Below, in pieces: positions 50,009-60,631 of a DNA stretch of 64,000 nt. Source of the DNA: Phoronis australis (Eukaryota > Animalia > Phoronida). A program made the translations under genes and the position numbers. The number at the start of each line of letters is the position of its first letter. The first letter of the stretch is position 1. Below the pieces are notes generated by a model, which saw nothing but the letters and a program-made list of their open reading frames with translations, ran no database searches and was not told where the DNA came from. The stretch spans positions 400,487-464,486 of the forward strand of contig NMRA01000012.1 of NCBI GenBank assembly GCA_002633005.1, given 5' to 3'.

Positions 50009-53000
50009 TAAATGTTTTTAAGTTATGCAGAACTCATTGCGATTCGATCCTCACTTCTTGTTTACAAGTTACTGCGCTGCCACTGCGCCACTGAACTCAA
50101 GTTCTTAAGGCTTTTGTTTTATGTTGTCCAGATTCTGACGTCATATTTGTTTTTAAATAACCGCAAAATTCAATCACCAGGTGAATGCAAACCTTCATCT
50201 AGCCTTAGCAATAGGATTGATATAACCGAATGACGTTTGTCGATTGTGTTGGTTTTAAAAATGACCGTTATATGACAGCAAAACATCTTTCTCAAGATAT
50301 AATTAATTCTCGTTCTCTTTTATCCATTTCGAGTATCTCCGTCCATTTATTTCTTAGCGACTCGGTCATTATCACATTTTTGGGTCTGAAAACCAACATA
50401 TTGACCTCAGTGGAAGTCAGTAATTGTATATACAGTTAAAATCAGACCAATTTCAGACAAAAATAACTGCCATATTTACTGTTTTTCATTTTGAAAGGCT
50501 TTTACCTTTGTTTTCAATGTTCACAATTTGCGAAATAAATTTCGCCTAGTATGTTGCTCTTCCACTAAGTTTGTTTTTCTTGTTTTTTTTGTTTGTTCAC
50601 ACGATACAGGTCGCAATTTTTCCGTCGGGTGTATTTCAAAAATCAGAATTTTGTGATCTTTTTCTCGAAATTTCCTCACAGGGGAAAGTGAATTACTCTA
50701 CTAGACGTTAACTGATTGTACTTTTTTCAGGAATTCTTTAAAAGACGTTTTTGACGAACTTTCGCGTTCCATGCTTCTTTAAATGCTAAATCATATTGAT
50801 GGAATGCAATGTCATGTCCTGCTTTTGATCGTTCACTTTCATCTTTCACCTTTCTAAATCTATTGTGGAAACAGAAATTTATCTGAGTGTCTCTTGGGAA
50901 GGAACAAAATGGAACCCATTTGTGAAAGTAAATCTGACCATTCAGAGCTATGCTGTTACTATTTTCTTCATTTTTTATAACCAAAATTGTTGAAAAACGG
51001 TAGTCGCCGTGTATGGTTAAAAACACCATTTTTATCATAACGTAAAATTGCCGTGAGAACTTGACAGGGACCTCAGGGGTCTCACACTCCACTGATTTAT
51101 CCACATTATTTTGAAAATGCTTTGCCCAGTCACACATTGTGTGTCATAAAAGAGATAAGCATACCAGCAGCTAAGGCAGCAAGTAGAACTACTCTCGTTT
51201 ATCACATTGGTGTAGACTCACAGTTGAACTGTGGTTTTCTGTAGACCCCAGACCGTCCCGAGTTGCACCATATACCAACTCCGGACGGTCTCTCACGACG
51301 ATTAAGTGTTATGAATTTTGGTTGCAATTGAGGCATATATGATTAATCCTGTTCTCTAAGTCTAGACCAGTGTTACACACAATATAGGGGTTAAAGTTTA
51401 TTTTTTGTTTCAAACTTTTGAACCAAGCTAAACCAGGCGAATTTGCTTCATTTCATAAGGTTTGTATTGCACTATGGTTTGAAAGCAAAACTGAATAAAA
51501 GTTTATTTTGTTACTGCACAGTTCACAGTGTTAGCTTATCAATGATTGAAAAATTACGATTTTAGCAATTACCTTGCAAAAGATATATGTGTTTTGCTTA
51601 GCCACTGTATCTTCACATAAGGGCAGCTTGCATCTTGACATTATTACTACAGGTGTGTTGATTAACTTAAATAATTACTGATTCAAAAGTTGGCTTAATA
51701 AGCTTCATTTGATACAGGAAATTGAATTTGAAATAGCTACTTGCTTCTTTCTTATTTGTCTGTCTTACTTTTGTCAATTAGATTCCTTGTCTTGATGTCT
51801 TTCTGACATTGTCACTTGGGGACTATGACATGTTTAATGACAGATTACACAGAAAGTGTCAGTTTATTTGATTTAGGTCTGATTGTGTGTTTTCAAACTT
51901 TAACTAGGCTTTTTAACCTCAGGTTTAGTACAGTGCACTCGCTATTGACGCTTGTAAACTTTTAGCCTCTTCATCGATTTTCTTGTAGGTGATACCATTT
52001 GTAAAGCCCAGGAAAATATGTTTTATTACATTGTGTAAGCTTGTGCAGAAAATATGGTACAAAATTTATTTGGAAGTACAAAATAGTTGACATAGGCGGC
52101 GACGGTGGGTGCACTTACCCTACATGTTATTTTTGTAAGTTACGTATTATGAGAAATCAATTACAAAACATATCTTGAGAAACAATTCGGTTGTTAACTA
52201 TACAAGAGTCCTCGAAATTTGGATTTTTTTCTGTCTCTTTCTAGTTGCTCATGCTGAAGTGTCTTTAATGCTAGCACTCTTATGTGTGCTGATAGTCTTG
52301 AATACAAACTCTTTGATCCCTTTCTGTTTGTTGAATTGATGAATTAGAGGAGATGGGTAACCAGTTGTGACCAAGTATTACTCTTAGTATCTTGTTTATG
52401 ACTGTTTATGTAGGACCCTAGGAAAATGTCTTAATCTAGTTGCAAGTTAGGAACACCATATCTCTGTGATGGCTAATCAGATTTATATCAGACTTTCATA
52501 CACAATGGTCTCCAAAAGGCTTTTGGGAATTGTTTATAAACTGATACACAGTTGCATATTGGGCTGTCTAAAACAGTCTTGGATTACAACTCCATCACTT
52601 GAATTCATAGTATTTAATCACAATGTTCCAACATCTGTCCAGCAGTTCTCCCGCTATTGGAGTTTCTCATGTTATTTGTTGGTATCTTGCTTTTTTCAAG
52701 TTATTCTTGACTGCAGTATGTGTATTTGACCTTCCAATGCCAGCAAAGTTTTACTGTTGTGCTGTTGGCTACAACTTGAGTAGCAGGAAGTTGGATAAAG
52801 TCCAGAGTTATCCTTCCTTAAGTTATTTTCCAACATAATTTCTGAATTACATATTCCTACCTCCAGCACAAAGGAGATTTCTGTCAGTTGATGTCTTATT
52901 TATACCCTGTTCCTGATTTTATCAGTAGCACAGCTTACAATCTTGTGTAGTTTGTGGTATTGCCATCTACCATCACAAAATTGGTCTGGGCTTTGTTTAT

Positions 53001-53229
53001 ATCACTGAGTTGAATACTTTTGGGACTTGTTTATAAAATGTGAAACCTGACTTGATACAAATACTTTTGGCTGAAATTGGTCATTTGCACCATTGGTGTC
53101 AACAACTGCCTGACTAGCCTTGCCTATCTGAAACCTTAAAGTTGAATTTGTATTAGTTATGCATTATCATATTGGAGAATGAAAACTGCAATTTACATCA
53201 TTGCATTAAGTGCATGATTCACCTTGTAA

Positions 53230-53368
53230 ATATACATACATATACATATACATAATTTTACGTATGCACATACATAATACTACATATACATTATACATAA
53301 TTTTACATGTATGTATACATAATTTTACACGTACATATACGTATACATAATTTTACATATACATATAA
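53230..53368. repeat. TACA/TATA-rich low-complexity repeat
   Basis: Recurrent atacata and tacataatttta units. Confidence 0.8.
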
Positions 53369-53607
53369 CTTGATCATTGACTGAGGACTTGTCAGAATAT
53401 GTCATTAAATGTCAGCACACTAACTGTGTTATTATATTGGTTTGTCTTATTAAGCCTAATGTCTCAAGCAGTGCATCTTAACATTGTAACCTAATTTTTT
53501 GTGAGTAATAAAGGAGTTTTCTTCACAGCTTTTCTCACAGACACCTTAAAAATATTGGTTTTACTGCTTCAGATGTTTTTGTCACATACTATTTTCTCTA
53601 TTTTCAG

Positions 53608-54772
53608 TCATTTGAGAGGGTCATCGTACAGAACATCCTACATGGCCTGTCACCCAGTCTCTGTGAAGCCATTCAGTACATGTCTCGTTGGCATCTGGTA
53701 CAGGCAGCGTTCCCTCACATCATGCACTGTTGTGCATCTGTCCTCGACAACCGCAAGGGAGGTATACGGACGGCTAAGTTTAGTCCGACAGAGACCAAAC
53801 TGTTATATTCTCTACATTGGATTGTTCTGGATGCTGCATCAGAATGTGAAGATCAAGACAATGAAAAGAATGACTTCAACCAGAATAAAGCACTGCCATA
53901 CCTGCATGGACTTTCTAGTATCCAACTGTTTATTTATCTGTTTGCACCCCTTGTGGTCAGCGTGAGACCCTGTGATTTTGAAAGTTTGAAGCTGGAGAAT
54001 GGGTTACGCTTGTGGGAACCATTGTGGGAACATACCTGTCCAGAGATACCATGCTTTGCATTACCAGTCAAAGCGAAAAGACAATATCTAAAAGCCCATA
54101 GGTCAAAAAACAAAATCACGAGTGGTGTAGGAGATGTATTCGTTGGCGGGAAGGAAAAGTTGCGAGTCAACCTTGATACAAAGATCAGCAATAAGTTAGC
54201 AAATAATGTTGAGGGTGGTAGAGCTGCTGTTGCCAAAGATAGCGAGTTAAAAGTGCCAGATCCTGCTACTGACGTGGGAGAGACCAAGAAACTGGAATCA
54301 GAATCTCCAAGTGAGGCAAAGCAGGTGTCAGCCATATTGGATTCTGGTGGACCTGCCATCGTTGATGCACAGTTTGTGGAGGTTTCCATCGTTGATGAAA
54401 CTGACACGTCTAGTGTAACTCAGCTCATAGATGAGGATAACAACAGCATTAAACTAGATATGACTGAGCTTAATTTATTTGATGCAAAAGAAACTGATAT
54501 TAATGAAACTGATGTTGTATCCCCAAGTGCTGCGCCCGTTGTTCAAATGAGTGATGTTTGTGAGACTGACTCAGTGCGCTCTGTCATCATTGATGTGGCG
54601 TGCAAGATCTGCAAAACTGTTCTGTGCCCTAAAGTAGGACAGTCTAGTGTCAGGTGTAAATGTGGTAGAATCTACACTAATGAAGAAATACACAAAATAG
54701 CTAGTGCAGGATCTAGTCCTGAGGTGTCTGATGATGATACAACCACACAAGACAGCCCAACACACAGTATTG
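53608..54772 (+). CDS. unc80: UNC80 homolog, large exon with the UNC80 N-terminal domain and an acidic linker
   Basis: Acceptor ttttctctattttcAG ends at 53607. Translates SFERVIVQNILHGLSPSLCEAIQYMSRWHLVQAAFPHIMHC...ETKLLYSLHWIVLDA...IQLFIYLFAPLV...LENGLRLWEPLWEH, collinear with UNC80. Phase-1 donor G|GTAAAG after 54772, with an alternative G|GTTATA after 54778, so the 3' boundary is less certain. Confidence 0.93.
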
Positions 54773-55459
54773 GTAAAGGTTATACTAGATATTTACAAAT
54801 TAATAACTTTGATATCAAATACATTTAAATTTGTTTTGGTGTCGAAGACTCATCGCTTGTGTTATCGGAGATTGAGAGAAGACTCACTGATTATGGTTTC
54901 GGAGATTCAGATGTCTGCAACTTCAAAGAACTAGTTAGAGGTGGATTATCACGCCAAACCAATCCTTAATATAAAGAGCTTCATTCTTTCCTTCCAGACA
55001 TTTGTGGTCATGTCACGGTTGCTTAACTTCTTTAAATAATTTCTCAAGAAAGTTATTATCAAAACAAATCAACACAGATATCTGCCTTTAGTTCTTTGCA
55101 CCATATGTTGCATAATTGCATTTGGTTTACAAATGAAGGTATGCGCTAGAATGAAAAGTGGAAAGTAATTGATTTTTTATGAGAGGTACGTTGTGATGAA
55201 ACAGGACCGTTGCTTGGAGGAAGATTTTTTCGCACACAAGGAAATCGGTTTCTCGTTGTATTTCATTTCTCAGGCACCTCTTGCATACATTTACCACTAA
55301 AACCAAGCTCAGAGGAGTAGGAGACACCTTTGTGCAGTGCTCAATTGTCTACAGTGTTAGCAAGGATTTGAGTCTGGGTCTTTCAAAAAGGAGTCTAGAC
55401 CTCAAACCACTGAACTAACTTTCCGCTTTGGAGCCAGTATAGATATGTGGTTTAGAGAT

Positions 55460-57188
55460 GGATAAAAAAGTAATTGCTGGATTTCTGATACACGTTGTAC
55501 CAGATGTGCGCAGGCCGCGTATGTGGGCCCATTGCACTGATCACCTGGAATCATTTTTATGCGCCCACATATTTATATGTGGATGCATTATGCCGTTATC
55601 TGCGTCCGTCCGTCCGTCCGGGCGGCGTCCATCCGGCGTCCGCTGCTTTATCTCCAAAACCCTTTGACATACGTTCATGAAATTTGGCACATATGTTCCA
55701 TTCATGAATGGGACGGTATGTGCGAACTTTCGGACGGATCCGACTACCGGTGTGCCCCCTAGTGGCAATTTTAGTTTTTACGCTTACCTTTGTATCTTCA
55801 AAAGTCCTGAACGGATTTTCATGAAATTTGGTATGTAGGCACCTATTAGTGAGATGATGCTATCCTGCCGTTTTCAGTTGGATTCGACATAGTTTGCGCC
55901 ACCTAGTGGCCATTTTTAGTGTTTTCGAGTCTGTTTTTTTTGTGTCCACCCCTCTATCAACCAAACCGCTCAAAGGATGATTGTGAAAATTGGCATGTAT
56001 ATGCTTACTATGTAGAGGACGGTTGACGATGATTTTCCGACGATTTCGACCACTGTGGCGCCTCCTAGTGGCAGTTTTTTTTTTTTTGCGCCTATGGCTG
56101 TATCTCCTAAACCGTTCGCAGGATCTTTACGAAATTTAATAAGTGTATTTATATGATGTTAACAACAGACGATGACGACTTTTGGACGGATCCGCCTACC
56201 AGTGTGCCCCCTAGTGGCAATTTTATTTTTTTACGTTTACCTCTGTATCTTCACAAGTCCTTAACGGATTTTCATGAAATTTGGTATGTAGGCACCTATT
56301 AGTGCGATGACGCTATCCTCCCGTTTTCGGATGGATTCGACCTAGTTTGCGACACCCAGTGGCCATTTTTACTGTTTTTGAGTCTGTTTTTTGGCGTCCA
56401 CCCCTCTATCAACCAAACCGCTCTAAGTATGATTGTGAAAATTGGCATGTATGTTCTTACTATGAAGAGGACGGTTGACGCTGAATTTCCCATGACTTTG
56501 ATTACTGTGGCGCCTCCTAGTGGCAGTTTTTTTTTGCGCCCATGGCTGTATCTCCCAAACCGTTTGCAGGATCTTTACTAAATTTAGCAAGTGTATTTAT
56601 GTGATGTTGACAACGGACGATGACGACTTTAGGATGATTCTGACTACCGGTATGCCTCTAGTGGCAATTTTAGTATTTTACATTGACCTCTGTATTTTCA
56701 TAGGTCTTCAGATGTATACTTTGTGTTACTTCGTGACTATGAAGGAAAAGTTCCAAGTAGAAATTTTTTCTGGCATTCTAATGCTGTGCTAATCTCGTAT
56801 GTTGGTAAATTTGTTTTTAATTTTATGTTTCTGTGGCGCTTTAAGCAACTGATGTATAGGATGTGCTTGTATTATGAAGATCACTCACATTTTGCCCCTA
56901 GCCTATTGAGGAGACAATGACCATGCCTTTCCATTTTGCAAAGTACTACATACTACATATATGCCCTCTACTGGCCACTTCATGGTACCAATAAACAACC
57001 CTAGAAGGATACCGTATGCGGTGCAATTGTGGGCGCATTTCAACGCTCTACGTTGCTCTTGTTTATGCTTTATTAATATGTAGTTAAACCCTGACTCCAG
57101 GGTTTAGCAGTGTGACCCAGTGGGACTCGATCCCGCGACCTCAAGTAAAGAAAGTGGACACCTATCACACCAGGTCACACTGCCTCCT
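55460..57188 (-). mobile_element. tRNA-derived SINE, copy 1, split by the HINE insertion
   Basis: Minus-strand head aggaggcagtgtgacctggtg...GGATCGAGTCCC (A/B-box-like) at 57118-57188. The body 55500-55553 plus 57064-57117 aligns with 60318-60450. Confidence 0.75.
55554..57063 (+). mobile_element. HINE/DINE-1-like element with a higher-order internal array (about 452-bp unit of three ~150-bp subunits)
   Basis: Sub-terminal IR ATGCGCCCACA (55559) / TGTGGGCGCAT (57028), (GTCC)n microsatellite at about 55604-55640, 3' hairpin CAACG-ctcta-CGTTG then ctcttgtt. Inserted in a T-run of a SINE without a target duplication. Confidence 0.85.
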
Positions 57189-57255
57189 CTTAGAGATAGG
57201 TGGTATAGTATGTAAATTAGTAACAGGTAGATATTGTATTTTTTGTATCTTGTAG

Positions 57256-57615
57256 AAGGAACAGTCGAGGTACCAGAGGAGAAAGATATACAGAGTGCCA
57301 CCTACTTTGACATAGCGGTACTGCGCTGTCTCTTCTGTCCCAATTGGAATGAAGATGGAGTTCTATGGGCGTTGAAATACGTGCAAAACCGTCTAACAAC
57401 CATGCACGAGAAAATCAGTCAGGAGAAGTTCACGCGGTCTCGCAGCAAATCTTTACCCATCCCACATATCGAGGTATCCCAGTATGCACCTCCCGAAGTC
57501 TCTGAGAAGCCGAGATTGATGTCAGATTCGACGTATGACATGATCAAGGAACGGCGCAAAAAGCGGATGCGTGTTGCTGAATTGCGTCACTTCTTTGAAG
57601 CTAAATCTGATACAG
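57256..57615 (+). CDS. unc80: UNC80 homolog, 360-nt exon
   Basis: Acceptor ttttgtatcttgtAG ends at 57255 and donor CAG|GTAATT follows 57615, phase 1 to phase 1. Contains ATYFDIAVLRCLFCPNWNEDGVLWALKY, matching UNC80 ATYFDVAVLRCLLQPHWSEEGTQWSLMY. Confidence 0.93.
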
Positions 57616-58301
57616 GTAATTAGCATAACTATACACCTGGCATGCAAATTATTATTCGCAATTTAAAATTGATAGTTGAAGTTATCTCCCTTCCTGTTTT
57701 ATGCATTTCTTGTTTTGCTTTGAGTGACCCAAATTTTGCCCCCTTGTATTTTCCATTGTATTCTATGTACCCGCATTTTGTCACCCAATGTTCAACTAAT
57801 TACTTTTCTAACTGGATAATGATTTTGACTGCATCAATTACCAGACACATTTTACTGTTGAGGTAACTTAAATCTCAATTTGGCGATATGCAGGCCATCA
57901 ATGTGACCAGATTTTATTTGGCGACCTAGTAAAAATCCGAGATCGCACTGCAAAGTTTATGGTAGAACCGTTGTGGTTTACAATCAATATATTAGTAGAA
58001 TAAAAATAGAGGCCTAGTGTTGTATTTTCATGTTCCCTCTTCAGGAAGGCCTGTTAGCTTGATTGATGTGTTGGAACAATAGCGTATGATCTCCACATTG
58101 CAAAATGTGGTAAAATTAGTCTTCGTAAGTTGTAGCCTTAACAGTAACAAACAACAATGAATTTGGCAAGAAATCCCTTGGGATACGGTGTACTTGCATT
58201 TAATTATTTGTCATTAATTTCGCAACTGTTACTTGTATTCCGTATATACTGTTTACCCTCATATGGCTTTATTAAGGTCATGTTTGTGGAAATGTTTTCA
58301 G

Positions 58302-58313
58302 GAGCCAATAAAG
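58302..58313 (+). CDS. Candidate 12-nt frame-preserving microexon of unc80 (G-A-N-K)
   Basis: Sequence tgttttcAG|GAGCCAATAAAG|GTGAGT has a consensus donor and no stop codon in phase 1. No homology support. Confidence 0.4.
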
Positions 58314-60248
58314 GTGAGTAATAAACACAAACACAAACAAATGGTGCTTTTAGTTATGCCACGCTTGTTGAAACTACCTGAGCCCGAGTATTTATTTTTT
58401 AAGTGTCTTGAGATTTTCACTTATGCAACACTGCACATTAGGCCTAATATGCAACTGCACGAGTCTAAATTAGGAATATTAACTAACTTTTTAATCAGAA
58501 TTGCCTTCTGAAGTCATTATTTTTGTCGAAACAAGTAGTCTCTCTGATAGTTTTTAGAATAGTGCAAATAAATGTAGTTATGTGTTTGAAAGTTAAAAGT
58601 CTTGACTGCCTGCATTGCTGCATTGTTGCGAACAAATTTTTCCATCACCATTTTGCATTACTGTATCAACACGTGACAGGATAGCACCTTTATGTGCTCA
58701 AGATTGTCTGTGCATTGTTCATTGTAGTTAGACGGGGGTGAAGGGGGCAGTGCCATCTTAAATGCTGGTAAAACTGCCGAGTTCCTGATATTTTTAGTTC
58801 CACAAGTCTCAGCAGATTGTTGTGCTTGCATGGTTGACCCCAATTGCCACCCTAGTACCTTAGCTGAGTTCTTTGGTCGTACAATCTTAATTTTCTTTCA
58901 CGATTTGAGATACAAAATCATGGTTGTGGTGAACTTTGAATCTTGCTTCACAGGGTGAAAATGTCAGGTATGACAAAAATTGAGTTTCATGGTTACAAAA
59001 AAGCCCTTCACCCCTCTGTCTAGCATGATTTGTGATAAGTAATAATAGAAATATTTCCTTATGTAGGAAATAACTCCTATTTAGGAAATATTTCATGTCA
59101 AAGTTGCAGACTATGTGTGATACTTAAATTATGTGCTTAATTTTCAAATTCAAATTACTGTATTGAGTGAACCTAAAGTATAAATAAATTTCTGATGGTT
59201 TTCTCCGAGCCTTTTCACGTTATTTAGGTGTTTTTCTTTTCCTCATAAAGAGGATTAATTAAACTGTGGGACTTAAGTTTGTGCATGGATCTTAATACTA
59301 CTCCTTAACTGTTCATTTATGGTATTGCCGTACTTGTCTAAGTTGACACCTCAGTGTGATTAAGTACCCTGGCATGAAATTTCTAAATTTCACTTCAATC
59401 ACTACCGAGACTTTCTCCCAAGCATCCCTGTTTGTATGAATGTCTGTCTCCCAGAACTCGCTTACCTTTGAAAAACAGTCGAGAGTTACGTGGCGGCACC
59501 TTTGAGGCACGAAGTTATGCTCTCCAGCTGTTCTTGATTTCACCATGTGGGTAATCTCCCACCTCTGACTTTCAAAAATTCAGTTTTTTAAATGCCTATG
59601 GTCAATGTACTGCCCTCTCATGTTTTTAAGGCCCATAAACTGCCATGGGTGTTAACACAGTAGAGTACAATAGACACTGTAATACTACAAGCATATGTCT
59701 GCTTTATGTTATGTTGTTAAGCATCACGTTTGTGTGCACTGGGCAGATGCAAGAAAATGTTGAAAATGCAAGCTCAGGTAACTCTTCACTGGATTCACCA
59801 TGCATTACACTCGAAGCATGTGGTCATGTTAGCTTTATTCATCAGTGTCTTGCATCTTGCTCGGATATTGTAATTTTTTGTATTTTAAAACTGCTGTCCA
59901 TGTTTGGGTGTTTGAAGCTTTTACTATCGTTACTAGTGTATTTAATCTTTCAAAGCCATGTCATCTTGTTTTAATTACGTATTTGAATTGAAATCGGTTA
60001 CAATAAATTGCTGGAATCTCCCTGATGGCCATACTTATTTTGTGACGAAAGCTAACGTGCTGTGATACACAACTTAATCTGCCTGGTCTGAAATGCTAAC
60101 TCTTCCATACTGATAATCTCAAACACAGCTTGGTCTGAAGTGCCGACTGCTCCATACTGATAATCTCAAACCCAGAAATCTGTTCTAATTTGAATAAGAA
60201 ACAAGGTGAGACTGAATTTATAACAGGGTGTGTTGCTATGACTACTTC

Positions 60249-60631
60249 AACCCTGTCTGCTGGACTGTATTGAAAAAATGAAAAAATAATTGTAGATGGT
60301 GTGGAACATGATGTTACAGACGTGCGCAGGTCACTCAGGGGGGCCCAGTGCGCTGATCACCTGGAACCATTTTTATGCTATGTTAGTATATCGTAAACCA
60401 AACTGTGGAGCTAGAGACCCGGCTCCAAGGTCTAGTAGTGGGCCTCAGTGGGTCTTAAACCCACGACCTTGAGTAAGGGAAGCGAACACTTATCCCACTT
60501 GGCTACTCTGCCTCCTCTGTATTTACCTGGTATCTAAATTCTCAGAGACGGCTCAATGGAATCATGTTGAAAAGACAAGACGTCTCTGAGAATCTAGAAA
60601 TCTAGGTAAATGCAGTCCAGCAGACCAGGTT
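60249..60631. mobile_element. About 130-bp foldback MITE interrupted by the SINE
   Basis: Removing the SINE gives aaccctgtctgctggactgtatttacctggtatctaaattctcagagacg, inverted at cgtctctgagaatctagaaatctaggtaaatgcagtccagcagaccaggtt. Confidence 0.78.
60272..60516 (-). mobile_element. tRNA-derived SINE, copy 2, with a 7-bp target duplication
   Basis: Minus-strand A box TAGCCAAGTGG and B-box-like GGTTTAAGACCC. Flanked by CTGTATT at 60265-60271 and 60517-60523. Confidence 0.78.

Larger units (their letters stand above)
2854..53607 (+). other. 50,754-nt GT-AG intron of unc80
   Basis: The flanking exons join in frame (..EASSM|SFERV..) with no residues missing relative to the homologous sequence EASCV|SFERV. 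Confidence 0.88.

Noticed and set aside
53934-54407. 157-aa antisense ORF and the overlapping 154-aa ORF at 53501
   Set aside because: Shadow frames of the unc80 exon with no independent evidence.
53680-54828. 382-aa ORF as a stand-alone single-exon gene
   Set aside because: UNC80 similarity extends upstream of the Met to the acceptor at 53607 and continues in other exons. The ORF end runs into intron.
57118-57188. tRNA-like sequence on the minus strand (also 60448-60516)
   Set aside because: It has A/B-box-like motifs but no convincing cloverleaf, and it is attached to a shared repeat body. It is a SINE head, not a tRNA gene.
59747-59777. AG/GT-bounded 31-nt candidate unc80 exon
   Set aside because: Not a multiple of 3, and it contains TGA in the required phase-1 frame.
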